From the NCBI GenBank assembly GCA_964106645.2, contig OZ067039.1: a stretch of 64,000 bases of DNA; one strand, written 5' to 3'. This document shows, one piece after another, positions 13,911 to 27,100 of the stretch (position 1 is the first letter of the stretch; each line of letters opens with the position of its first letter). The stretch comes from Podarcis pityusensis. Its lineage: Eukaryota. Below the pieces are notes generated by a model. It worked only from the letters and a program-made list of their open reading frames with translations, was not told the DNA's origin and did no database searches. The translations under genes were made by a program, and so were the position numbers.

Positions 13911-15731
13911 GCTATTACTTCAGCCTCCACAGGGTTGAGTGGAGCCATTACAAAGGGTGGCCCATGGCACGGTTCAATCTTAGGCCTCAGGACAGGAAAT
14001 CAGTGAAGACTGATAGTCCTTGCAGCTGCTAAAGGGAAATATGAATTGGTGGCCCCTGCTAGACACCTGGTTTTTAATGACACATTGTAATGTGGGGCCA
14101 CTTCATAAGGAGTCAGGAGGATTCTGTTAATCAGGCCTCTGTTTCTGTCCCCCCCCACCTCCCCTTTCCCTCCCCCCACGTGTTCTTGACTTGCATCTGC
14201 AGCCCCTAACTGAACATGCAGGGGCAATCATGGGCACTGAGCTACTCCTGAAGGTACTATTCTGTCCTATATTTACCCAAAGCCGCAGCTGGTTATTGCA
14301 TCTCATTCCTTTCTGTAATCATCAGATGGTGAACATGGAAGGAGGTAATCACTTCTGCGCTTACTACTACCCAAATGCCTCAGTGTGGATCTACTATGTT
14401 TTAAAATTCATGCTTTTCTAGTATTTTATTAAATGGTATTTTGTCTAGAGTAATGTTTTGTGGCCTGCCCTTTAAACCTCCAATGTATATGTCCAGTCAT
14501 ACTGAATACTATTAAGAGTTCTGTAGGTCTAGAAGTGAATTCCGATAGGCACAAATTAACTTGCCTGGATCAGACCAATGTCCCATCTGGCTGATTATAT
14601 GTATGTTTTGGTGTTACATGTGAACCCAGCATCCTTCCTCAGCCATGCTTTGTTCAGCCACTCCACCCGAAATACTCACCCAGCCAACAAATTGTACAAG
14701 GCAAGAGCAGATAGGAAATGTATTCCAATAGCTTCTGGAAACTAGATTGGGGAACCCCTGGTTAACTATGACCATGCTGGTTAGGGCTCCAGTCACAGTC
14801 CTCACATCCTCTCTGAAGCCCATAAAAGGCAAGGGAACCTGACTGAGCAGCTACCTCTTTGCCACTGCTTGCACACTTGGAGCAGCAGGGAGAAAAAGGG
14901 ATAATGGGGAAAGGAAATTCAAACCTCTCTGAAATTTCCCCACCCACCGCGCAACTAAGCTGCTCAGAAGAGAGTTGCAGTGACAAAGAGAAGCTGCTCC
15001 AGTGATTCTCTGTGCACTAAAAAAGTACCTGCTCCCTTCAAATGAAAAGAGATGGAAACAGGTCTGTGGGTGGGGTGGGGGAGCCGGGTATACTTGCTCC
15101 AGGCCTCGGAGGGGGCAGGGGGGTCATGGCAGGCGCTGTCATGCCAAGAATGCCCTGGGTCTCCCAGTCAACTGGGGAGAGCCTCAGACAAGCTGTACAT
15201 GGGCCTGGAGGGCAATGTTGGGAGCTGCCGATTCACTCAAGATATCAGTCTGTCCATAGCATCAGATCCTTTGGATTCCTCTTAGTGCACAGAGAAAAAG
15301 GGCTCATATGCCGTGTATTGTTATCCTACCTGATTCTGTGTTGTGTTAACTGGTACCTCAGTATACTAGGGAAGAAAGTTATTTGTAGTTCAAGCCTTCA
15401 GTAAGTACTGCAGAGGATAGTGAGACTAAATTTAATGGTGGATCACATTCTAAGAACCTTTAAACCATCTTTTATGGTAGTATTTAGCTAGGAGCAACAG
15501 GAGACATTCCCCTTAAGGCTGGGTGCTTGCTGTGAAGCCAAAGGGGACCTCTAACTCTAAAAACTCCATCAGCAACAAGGACAACCACACATCGATGTAC
15601 GGAGGATGTGCTTCTTTAACAAATGCTCTATTGCTGATCTTATGATGGCTTCCCAATTGAAAATGCTCCCTTTTGATAAATAAATCAACTGCCACTGTGC
15701 CAGCCTTTGTAGCAATCCTAAATGCAAAGTA

Positions 15732-15950
15732 CAGTGGTACCTCGGTTTAAGAACAGTCCTGTTTATGAATGATTCAGTTTACGAACTCCGCAAAACTGGA
15801 AGTAGTATCCCGGTTTGTGAACTTTACCTCTAAGAACGGAATCCGAACGGTAGAAGGGCACCAGTGGCAAGAGGCCCCAATAGGGAAAGCATGCCTCGGT
15901 TTAAGAACTGACTTCTGGAACGGATTAGTTTGTAAACCAAGGTACCACTT
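15732..15950. mobile_element. Tc1/mariner MITE, related subfamily
   Basis: cagtggtacctcggttta...taaaccaaggtaccactt flanked by TA. Confidence 0.75.
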
Positions 15951-16282
15951 TACTCTTGACCATCAATAATTTTCTTTGAGTTTTAACTGCTATCAGCCCA
16001 CCACCAGATTCTGAAGTAGGTCAAATCAACTAAGGACAATGACAAATCAACTAAGGACTTCTTCCAAGGCCCAATAGGGAACTGCACTTGATTGGTCTAC
16101 TAAACTTCCAAGAGAGAAAAATCCCATCTCAGAATTAATGGGAAGCCTGAACTACAGCAGTACAAAGGTACTGCAAAGAACTACTAACAGCTACAGCTGG
16201 TCCTCCCAGATGAAGGCTACTGCCCAACAGTAATAGTTGTTGCTACTAGAGGAATGAGGATACAGAAAAGATTTTATAACAT

Positions 16283-16288
16283 TTTATT
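16283..16288 (-). terminator. Probable HOOK2 polyadenylation signal (AATAAA)
   Basis: tttatt on the + strand, ~1.1 kb past the HOOK2 stop, at the end of an AT-rich 3' UTR-like stretch. Confidence 0.55.
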
Positions 16289-17375
16289 TGTAGTGTAAAG
16301 ATTCTATAGACATATCCCATCCTCCCACATTGCATGTCAGGCTTCTGTCCGATAGAAAAATAAAGAGGCAGAGATACAAGGTAGCTTTACAAAATGTATA
16401 ATTTACAGAATTAAAACTATGAACTTTACTTCAAAAAAAAAAAAGAATCAAAATTTGGAGAACATATTTTTAAAAGGATACTGCATCTTGCAATGTCTCT
16501 GAATATGATACTAACAGGGAGGGAAGAAAAAGAGTAGCACTTTTCAAAAAAAACACCAGGCACTAAATATTGCCGTGAAGACAACACAGTTACAGATGCG
16601 CGCACAAACTACTGTTGGGCAGGACTGCAGGCTCTCTTCACCCCTAGGGTCTAAAGTCAATTTAGTGTTCATACGTTTTCAAATGGGGCTTTTTTGTACC
16701 AAGGCCCTGGCCCTTCTTAAAGGGATTCTTAAGTCACTAAGAAAAGCTGTGCCATAATGTGCCTCAGGCAATGCAATCTGGCTCCTGAGGAACCGATGCT
16801 AGCTTTTCAAAGGAGTCAAACTCCAAATGCAGGGCCACTATCAAAGCAGCCATCTCATCCTTTTGCATTCATCACCACAAAAAATACCCAAGACTGAGGC
16901 CGATACCATAAGGGGAGATGTGAATGACAGTAAAAATATTTCCTCCATACCCTCTGCAGATGACATCATTAGGTAAAGAACATTTTTAATTGGTGGGGAA
17001 CAGGGCTATACAGAAACTATGTACAAAAGCAGAATTTTAAGTGGAAAGGTGGGTAAGGAACATGGTTGAAGGATACCTCTCCATCACCCAGGGTAGTGCC
17101 ATGCAACAGCTCCCAAATGCAGTGGAAGAGGGAACATGTAGGTCTGCAATGAATAGGGAAGATCCAGCTCCTTGCTGCTCAAGATTCCTCATTTTTTTAA
17201 AAACAAGCACTACAGTTGGGCATAGGAATAATCTTTAGTATCAGAGAATGAATTTCAACAATAGGGATAAAACGGGGGTTTCCAGAGGAAGTACCACTGC
17301 ATAACAGGTATTCCGATTTCACTCTCCCCGGGAAGTGAGCATTCTCTAGAAGATCCACAGGACAGCTTTTCCAGA

Positions 17376-18078
17376 TCAGGACAACTGAGGTTTGTCTGTA
17401 CCAACGTATCGAAGCAGCAAGGGTTGAGCTCGGTTCAGGTGGCCCCGTCGAGTATTGGTGGCCAATCTTTGCTGGGCCAAGAAGGACTGGACTGGTGTAG
17501 AGGTGGATGACCGCTCCTCTGTAGCCCGCTGGTGCAGCGCCAGGCCCTGCAGTGGGAAAGAAAAGAAACATTTGGCTTGTGCCAGGAGACTCTTGGATGG
17601 AGATGGAGGGTTCTTCACTGTTCTTCCTCCATAGGGCTCTGACCAGGACAGTATGTGTCAGAAGACATGAGGGTCTGAATTCAAAAAGGCCATGTTCTGT
17701 GATCCAGACATATACAGGATCATCAAAATGATCTACTGTAAAGAGCCCAACTTCAGACATTTTACTCAGCAGTGTTTAGCAGCTGCAAAACGTGTCTAGT
17801 ACCAAAATAGTTAGAAAAAGTAAGAGATTCTCAGGATGTTAAGCTCCACAGCAATTATGCATACTGTTCTCCTGCAAAGCAATGTGCCACACCCCTGCAT
17901 CAGTACATGCACCTCTATTTATGCCTAGTCCAATTCAAACTCACCATGTTATACCAAGCAGTGATGATGAGTTTCTCTTCTTGTTCTTGTTGAGATTTTG
18001 TCTTCTCAAAATCCGACTAATGAGATGAAGCACAGAGAGGAAAAAGGAGGTAAGTGGTCATGCTGCTAAACCCCAAGG

Positions 18079-18111
<33 letters not shown>

Positions 18112-21100
18112 GGGGGGATTATGGAAAACCCCAAGTTATGCTGCCAAGGCCAACCAAAACAGAGGGGAGATGAGAAGTGTACCTCTTCCTTTTATAGATG
18201 TGCAGGACCTCAGTCTACCAATTTGATCCCAAGTGAAAGCAAAGTAAGGACAAAAGAAAGAAACTACCTGAGCTGCTAACAGGGTGGTCGAAACAGGCAA
18301 CGCATGGCAAACCACTCATCTGAAATAATTTATATTGACTTTCGGAAGATAAGGAATTAATGCATTATACTCAAGACACCTGTAGCTTATGGGTAAGAGG
18401 GCTGCAGTGCGCACATCCTTGTTAATTTTGGAAACTTGTTATAATAAGTATTGCCCTGCTGGATCAGGCCAGTGGCCCACCAGATGCCCTTGGGAAGCTG
18501 TGAGCAGGTCCAGAGCACAACATCAGTGTCCCTTCCTGCAGTTTCCTGCAACTGGTATTTAGAAGTACATTCCTTCCAACAATGGAAGTAATACATAGCC
18601 ATCATGGTTAGTAACCTCTGATAGCCTAGTCCTCATTTAAAGCCATCAATGTTTGGTGGCCATTACTGCTTCTCAAGGGAGCAAATTCCATTGTTTAACT
18701 AGAGGGGGCTTTGGCCTAATCAGGCAGGCTCTTATGTAAGAGAAGCTGCAACCCTCATTCTCGGAAGAGGAGCTCACCTCCAGGTGGTTGATTTTCTTAT
18801 CCTTTTCCTGCAGCTGGTTTTTCAAAGCCTGGATCTCCAGTGGAACTCCATGAGGCTGCTGCTTGGGATCCAGTTTCTTGATGACCTGTGAAAGGATAAA
18901 GAGATCTTCCATAATCACTTAGCTTTGGGAGGCCAAGACCATATAGCTACTAGAAAGGCTGACTGAATCACACTGACCGCAGGGAAGCGTGTATGATCTA
19001 CAAAGCCATTTAGTGAGGCTTCGCCAATGTATGCCTGTGCAGTGGCAAAAGGCACTGAAAAGACTTGACTTACTGTGCAGGCTTTGTCCATATAACGCTT
19101 GTATCGTTCCTCCATGGCTCTCATATCTTCATCTTTCTTCTTCAAAGATTGCTGCAGTTCATCAATCTTCTTGGCAGCTGTTGAGAAAGGCGGGGACATC
19201 AATGCTGTCCTGACCCCAAAATGTGGATGGAGTAGCAAGAATCTTCACTCTATGCTCTACAAGGTCTTCTGATTTCTGGGTAGCCCAGCCCATCCCATCC
19301 CATTGTAGTACCCAGCAAAGGTTGGGCTTAGGTGAGACTCCTAAAGGAATGGATCTGTCATCCACCCACTTACTGTTGCTGTCCACTTTTGGCTCCAATT
19401 CATCAAGGCATTCCTTCTTCTTCTGAAGCTCTGCATGGGCCTCATGCAATTTCTCTCTGACCAGGAAACAGAAAGAGAAACAGAAGCTAGGCATGCAGGT
19501 GTCTTGAAGAATAAGGACCAGAAACCTGAAGGGCGTGGAACCAAAGCCCTGCTGTGTATTGTGTGACAGCATCAATATGTTGTTAAGTAGCACAGCTGGA
19601 CCCATAACAACCCCAGATATGTATTCATCAAATGCAACAAAGAAAACCAAGTGAGCTTTAGCCCTTTCCAACCCTGTCCCTCAAACTGAATTGAATCACT
19701 TACAGGTGCTCCTCCAGCTTCTTTTGTAGGAGAGAAGACTAAAAAGAGAGAGAAATGACTGTTTAGGATTTTTATTTTGTTTGCAGATCAATTAGCTAAG
19801 CTGCTGTTGTTGTCATCATCTGACCACTAGAGTGAGCTGGTGCTATGTTCAGTTTATCTTACACACAATACTAAAACCTGTGGAGTTGTAGTGTACCCTG
19901 TACTCTTGAAGACCTCCTGCACTCAGGTTATGCATAAATTTGCTGGCTTTGAAGGATTCATCCTGGGGGCACTAGGAGTTCAAGGTTTCAGTTCAGATTT
20001 GTCTTCATGAGCTAGGAAAGTTAAACTGGGATGCTGCTGACTCAGAAGCACTCTTAAAATGGAACAGAGAATTCCATTCAGTTCTGCAAACATGGTTGTC
20101 TATGCTGGCATGACGGGGAAGATAAAAATATCCAGTATACAGTAAGTGAACTAAACACAGCCGGTGGCTCAACTCTACGGTCAATCCTACTGTCAATTAA
20201 CAAGGCTGCAGTCTAAAAAACAAAAGGTCTTTCTATACTAGTTACTAATCCATTCATGCATTCAAACCTCACTCCCATCTCTGGCAGTAAAAGTCAAAGT
20301 CTCCTCTCTCCACCTGAGACCATTCAGGGTCTGTCACTCAAGTAGCATCAATAGATGTGGGCAATGCAAAAGCATTTACTTTTCAAAGTTTACTACAGCT
20401 TTTACTAGGTGTGCAAATGTTGGTTTACATTGCTCAATGTCACATCAACAGCATTTCTCTTTCACCTCCAGCCTAAAGGCTCTCAACCATTAGGAAGTTT
20501 TTCCTCTACTTCCTTTTCAATTATCCCAGTAGGGATAATTTAGAAAATGCTGAACCATAATTGTTTACGGACTTATTAATATACAAGACTCACAGGGCAG
20601 TAACATGAACAGTTACTGATTGTGTAGGAGACAGCACATCTCCTAAGAGATGTTGGTACAGTTAACTGCTTTGCACGAATTCAGAAACAAATCTAGACTG
20701 CTCCTACCTTTTCAGATTATCAGAATGCCGTTTGGAACAGAAGTTACCAATTCAAAACAGCACCTATGCTTCCCAGCTTCCCTTCTGCACTAAGAAAACT
20801 GAACTTGTGCTCCTTTAAACCTTCAGAATACGCAGGCCCCTTAGCAGCTCTTGGCAGGTGAACCCAGAGCAGCCCCTTATCTTTGACACACCAAGAATCA
20901 AGCAAAGACAGAAGAGAAGCAACAATGAGTTGGCAGCGGAGTAGGTTAGATGGTGGAAGCAACACAGAATGTGAAAGTACTTACAATGGCCTGGGCAGGA
21001 TAGCCAGCAAGTCAGAAGGGAGAAAGAGAGGGCTGTTAGCATAGTGAGATTAGGGAAGTGAGGAGGAAAAGAGGTCTGGGCAGAAGGTAATGGTGATCAT

Positions 21101-24100
21101 TAGAACAGGCCACAGGAGAGGGGACACAAGGCTCTCAAACTGGGGCAAAACTACACTTACAGCCTGCGAGTTCTTGCCCTCCCTCCCCCAATAGGCAACA
21201 AGCCCGTAAACCCGAGAAAAAAGGTTCTTAGCCAAATAGCACACCTTTGTCCAGCGTAGCTACCATAAACTGCAATTTTGCAGCTCCTAAGACCCACAAG
21301 TGTAGCCTTATCATTGAATTTGTATGTTCAAGGAATCTCTACCACCCACATTATAGCAACCCTGTCAAGCAGTAGTCAGTATCTGAGGATTAGCCCCACT
21401 CCTTTTTCATTGTTTTGAGCCCCAAGGTAATTTGGGAGGCTAAAACTTGCCAATACACAGGCAGAGTTCCCCCACTTGGTACACAGAGAGCACACAATCC
21501 TAGACTAGATGTTGCAACAAAGATCTCATACGGCCCAGCTCCTTTGTTTTGTCTTGGTTTTAAGTCTCCATTGAGAAACGGACAGGTGGGTTTATGCCAC
21601 CAGCTCCCATTACTGCCACCCTGTAAGAAGGTCTGGATTCAGGCTGAGAGTAGAGACCACCAGCCCCTGTGAAAATCTCCTTCAAAACTTCCCTGTGAGC
21701 CTGACTCTGACAAGGCCTCACAGAACCCTTTTTTCTCAAGCAAACTCACATCTTCTGCTTTGCTTCCTTGCTCCTGGAGGGCCCGTTGCAGCTCCTCTAC
21801 TTGCACCTTGAGCTCAGTGATCTGTTGCTGGCTCAGTCTGGATAGAGAGAAGGGCAAATCAAATTAAAACAGGCAAGAGAAAGGCCAGCTGCAAGCAGCA
21901 ACAAAGCCCACAGGACTGTCAGTACAGATGGTGCCTAGCTAAAAGCTGCTGTGATAAGTAGTACACCTTCAAATGGTCTGTTTATTTCTGAGCCAGGGCA
22001 ATGAGAGGAGAAGGGAGCTTGCCCTTCACTAGTTAACAAAGATAAGCTAGGACAAAATTCTATTTTTTAAAAAAATGTTAGTTTAACATTCCTAGTAGAT
22101 CATGCAAACAGTGCTTGAGCTCAAGGACACTCCCCAACTGACCATGTGTCAGGGGTTCAGGAGCAGAGGCACAGGAAACGGAGGAAATAGAGAGCGAGGG
22201 GGAGGAGTCCGAAGGAAATGTTAGCGATGACAGCGGTCCGAGGTCTCTGAGTCTTTCCAGCGAATCGGAAGATTCACAGAAAGGGGCTCCCATGGTCAGA
22301 GCAAGGGGGGTGCCTAGGGGGACACCCCAGGAAGAAGGGGCCAGAGGGGACTCAGAGAGCAGCAGTTGGAAATCAGGACCAGCGTCCACACCAGAGTGCA
22401 GTAGGGGGGAGGAGTCCCAGGCATCGGGATCAGGCGGCGCACTGCCAGTGGGAGGACATGAGTCAGGATTGGCCACGCCTCCATCGGGGAGCGAGGAAAC
22501 GGTCGAGAGGAAGGTTGAAGGCTGGGCGCGCGCGCCAAGTTCAAATGTACAGGAGGGCGGCGCAGTTGGCAGCCCGGATAGGGAGCCAGGTCCCAAAGCC
22601 CGCCGAAAAGAGGGGGAGGAGTCAGGGGGGTCAACGTCAGCGTCAGAAGAATCCAGGAAGGAAGGGACCCCGGGGGGTAGCAGGACCCAGAGGAGAAAGG
22701 AGAGACGGAAGAGGTGGAGCAAGGCTAGAATCTTAAACTGGTGTACAGGGGGCGGAGACTCAGATGGAGCTTCGCCGATCTAACCCCTAGACGTAGAGCT
22801 GGGGCGCTGCGGCTTGAAAATGGAAACTGTACTTCAATAAAGACTTTTGTACATTACTGCCGGCTAGCGTTGGTCCTCTGTGAGCTGGGACCTGGAGCCA
22901 GCTCTGACACCATGCAAATATGGTTTCACTTGATTGGCCAACAGTAAGAGTTTCCCCACTGGTTTTTAGAACAGGAGGTAGAATATTGCCTACCAGATAA
23001 GAGGAAGAACAGTGAATAAAAATAATTCTAAATTAGAATTGCAAATTTAATAGCTGGTCAAAGGTTAAGAGGGACTAGAGAAGGCAGGTTGGATCTTCTA
23101 AGACCAGTGGGGACAAACTGCAAACTTTTCAGCTTGTTGGATACCTTTGCTGTGCCTCTAGCTGGTTCTTAGTACGGTTAGATTCCTCCAGCAGCCCCTG
23201 CAATTCGGTCTGCTGCAGCCGATAGGACAGCTCTTGTGCACATAACATCTTGTTCTCATGCTGCAGCCGCACAATGGTCTCCCTGGCCGCAAGAAACACA
23301 GAATGTTACAATTATTAGCTGGGGCATTATCCAATGGTGTGGACCACCACCACCACCACTTCCCAGCCCCCCCCCCCCCGCTTCATGTGGGCCCAACTCC
23401 CAACCCTAAAAGCTGTACTAAAAGGCAGAACAGCTCATAGAGAGGATGCAATCTCTAGAATTGGGGGCCAAACCAGAGCAATGCATATTGGGATAGACAG
23501 TATTCACAGAGATTACCGTGCTGTATTATCTAGCATATACATTAGGAGCATTCACTTAGAGCCTGACCTTTTAAAGAATTTATGTCATGACTGTATGAAG
23601 CAGAAAACTGTACTCCAGTTTTCTTAAGCTTAAGCAAACAAGCTGAAGGTGATCTTGGGATGACACCTGTTTCATCTACAATATCAGAAAAATAAATCCA
23701 GGATAGCACTCCCCCCCCACCACTTTCTCTTTATCACCAAAAGGACACCAGGGTAACACTGACTCCAGCCTCTGGCTGATGGAAGTAATCAAGTATAATT
23801 ATGAATAACAGTAAGTCCCCAATTTCAAATAGGCCCCATAGGCTTTTGCCCTTCTGCCTCCCAAGACAGGATCCCCAAGGGGGCAAACTTTACTTGAGTT
23901 CTGCTGGCATGATCTCAGCTGCTAAGTTATCCACAGGAGAAGCAATTTCTTCTAGGATGGTATCTGCAAAGGGGGGGGGGGGGAGAGAAACAGAAGATAC
24001 ATTTATTTTTACTCTGGCTTTCTACCCAAAGGTGCAGGTGTTGTTGGAGGGGAGGAGCCGATCGTTCCCAAATACTACCTTGCTATAAAGCACAACCCTC

Positions 24101-27100
24101 TAAGATGCAATCACTCAAGCTTTTGGTGTCACTTGACCTAGCCAGGGCCGGACAACTCATCTACCCTGAGTTGGAGCAATAAAAGTGCAGTTATGGGTCC
24201 CAGCAGTATTAAGCAAAACATGGTCCACACTGGCATCTATCACATCAAGAGAAATACATTTAAACAGGAGAAGAATGAAGGCTGAGAAAAGCCACACAGA
24301 GATGGGAGGTGAAACCGGTAACCTCACTTCAGGCAGCAGCCAACCATAATACAAGGTCTTTCCCTACAAGCAGGTTCAGGCAACTGAATGGCAGACCAAG
24401 CACACACACCGGCTGTAGGCAAAGCTCTTGGAGACAGGTGTGTGAGATCCTATCAGGCTTAGCCTAAAATTTAATTTATATAATTTCTTTACCACCCTTC
24501 ATTAAAAGAAATCCTAGGGTGATTTACATATCAGAACAATTAAGATCACAAATCACATAATAAACATTAATTAAAATAAAACAGTAAAAAAATTGTTCCG
24601 TATAGCTGCTCATAGAACTGCAGAGTTGGAAGGGACCACAAGGGTCATCCAGTTCAACCCCCTGCAATGCAGGAATCTTTTGCCCAACGTAGGGCTCAAA
24701 CTCATGACCCTGAGATTAAGAGTCTCGTGCTCTACCGACTGAGCTATCCATTCAGCTTATAAAAACAGTCCAATCCATTAAAATCCTACCCTCTCAGCCC
24801 TCCTGTGGCTTCCAAGTAAGCTAACAGACAAGGGAATCCCCCTGGACATGCCTGTAGAAAGTTCTTAAAAATGAAAATGACAGCATTTAATTCATTTATT
24901 TTTAATGCACCCTTCCATCCCAAATGGAGTCTTCAGGTGTAAATAAAAAATATAAAATACATTTTCAAAAAACAGCCGTAACAACCAAAAAGGAATCGCA
25001 AAAATAGAAGCACAACGCTCAATCAGCAACTAAATCAAATTAAAGGACATTTCAATAAAATAAATGTCCAAACAATATGCTCTTAAATCAACACCTAAAT
25101 GCATAAAGAAGGGTCTAGTTGGTTTTCCTGCAACAAAAAATTATGGGCACCAACACTGAGGTGGCCCTAGCCCCCCCCCCCCCGGTTCATTTCAGATGGA
25201 ACAAATCTCCTCTAATGATTGCAGCAAGTAGGCAGCTCACTGTGGCTCTTCAGGTATTAACAAATGTTAAATGTAGTTGACTGCTAGTTTAGTGTAACTT
25301 GAGTGCACTTGGCCCTGTCAACACAAAGACGTGTCCCTTTTCTCCTTAACTTCCAATCTTTGTTCTGAGGCAGACTTTATTGGATTTCATTGGGGTGGGG
25401 AAGACTTCTGATACTCACCTGCTTGGTTTAGGAATTTCTGCTGCACCTGAGCACATCGCAGTTCTTCATTGGCTTCCCGTAAGGCATCCCGCTCTTCAAT
25501 CAGCCTCTAAGGGAAAATGGTCAGGAATCACTCCAGGAAAAGGACCACTTAAGCTATGGTGGGCTGATGCCTTATTGTACTACATTGTCAAAGTAACAGA
25601 AACTAGATGCTACTCCTGCCAGATTTCCCTATTCTTGCCACAAGACTAGGAGTAGAGAATCTCAGGCCAAATGCAGCCTTCAAGGCTCTCTGACATTTGG
25701 GACTCGCCCCACATGCTCTCCAGGCCTGCTCTGTGCCCTCCTTTACCAGGCTGGAATGAGCCATTGAACTGCGATAATGGATGGGTAGATAGGTGGTGCA
25801 TTTGTGCGCATATATAAAAAATTTGTATGGACATACCTATATCTATCCACACCCACCCACCACCAAGCTCGAGCTTTTGCGTGGCCAGAATGTAGCCCTT
25901 TCAATGAAGAGAGAAGTCACATCCATTGCTCCACCCACACTTGCATGCAACCTCCACAAGGCTGCCCATGAGAGGATGTGGCCCTCAAGCTGAAAAAGCT
26001 CCCTCACTCCTGGACTAGGCCTTCACCTGCAAGCCAAAGGAAACACTCATCATCCTCTTGTGGTACAAGGTCTGCATTACCTCTTTTTCTTTTACCAGGG
26101 CCTCAAACTTCTCCTTGAGGTTCTTGAACTCAAACTGCCATTTCTCCGCCTTCAAAGCCTCATCTGCATGTTTGCTGTGGAGCTCTTGCACCTGGAAGAG
26201 GGAAGAGTAGGGGTTTGCTGTGCTTATGATCTTTGCCCTCCTCTCCGGCTGCAAAGCAATCAGCAACGCTGCTTTTCATTACAGGTTGTCTTGAATCTAT
26301 GTTTAGTATTGAAGTCCTCCCAAACACCAAGAGTACAAGACTGTTTGAGACAACAGTTCTGCCTGCAAAGCCACAGCACAGCTACAGCTACCAGGTCAAT
26401 CCTGGTCAAATGGGTTTTGCCTTTCTGGCTCCAATGGTGCTCCAATCTGTCTTTAGGATTCCTTCAGGACAGAGTATTATTGCAAGTGCATTCTGAAGGC
26501 TGAGGTCTGCTCAAATGCATTCTCTTATTAACACCAACTCACCTGTCTCTTATGTGCCTCCAGCTGCACACGGACAGCATTTGCACGCCGAAGCTCCTCC
26601 TCCAGCTCACAAGTGCGCTGCATGTAGACGGTGTTTCTTTCCTCAAGCAGCCGAACTTGCCGCCGAAGGTCACCCAGGTCTTCCAGCTTCTTCTTGTAGG
26701 AGTCCACCATAGCCTCCAGCCGTCCCACCTTGTCTGAGGAGTGACTGCAGAACAGCAGGATATAGATATAAGTATAGGTATCTTTTACAGCTTTTAATGT
26801 CAGGTAACTCTGACTTTATTGGATAAAAAGTGGAGGGACAGAAAGTAACTCTACTAGCTATAGAAAACTACTGTGTAAGCAGGAATTGCTGCAGCAAGGT
26901 CAAAGGGTGCCAAAAACTGAAACAATAATGGATAAGCAACAAGTATCCCATGCATTTTAAGGCCAACATTCCAAGTTGGATTGTTGCAAACAAATTATAG
27001 TCAAATGGTAACTGTCCTTTGTTGGTTTGGACACAACAAACAAATAGTAAAGCATTTGATTCCCCACTTCTGCTTCTAGCCACTGGGATGTGGTAGAAAA

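Noticed and set aside
22078-22722. 214-aa minus-strand ORF as an extra HOOK2 exon
   Set aside because: It is the antisense of the solo LTR, and the flanking HOOK2 exons splice in phase without it.
24680-24750. tRNA-Lys gene
   Set aside because: The acceptor stem and T arm are degenerate and it is fused to a CR1-like tail with a second copy at ~62.3 kb. It is a SINE head.
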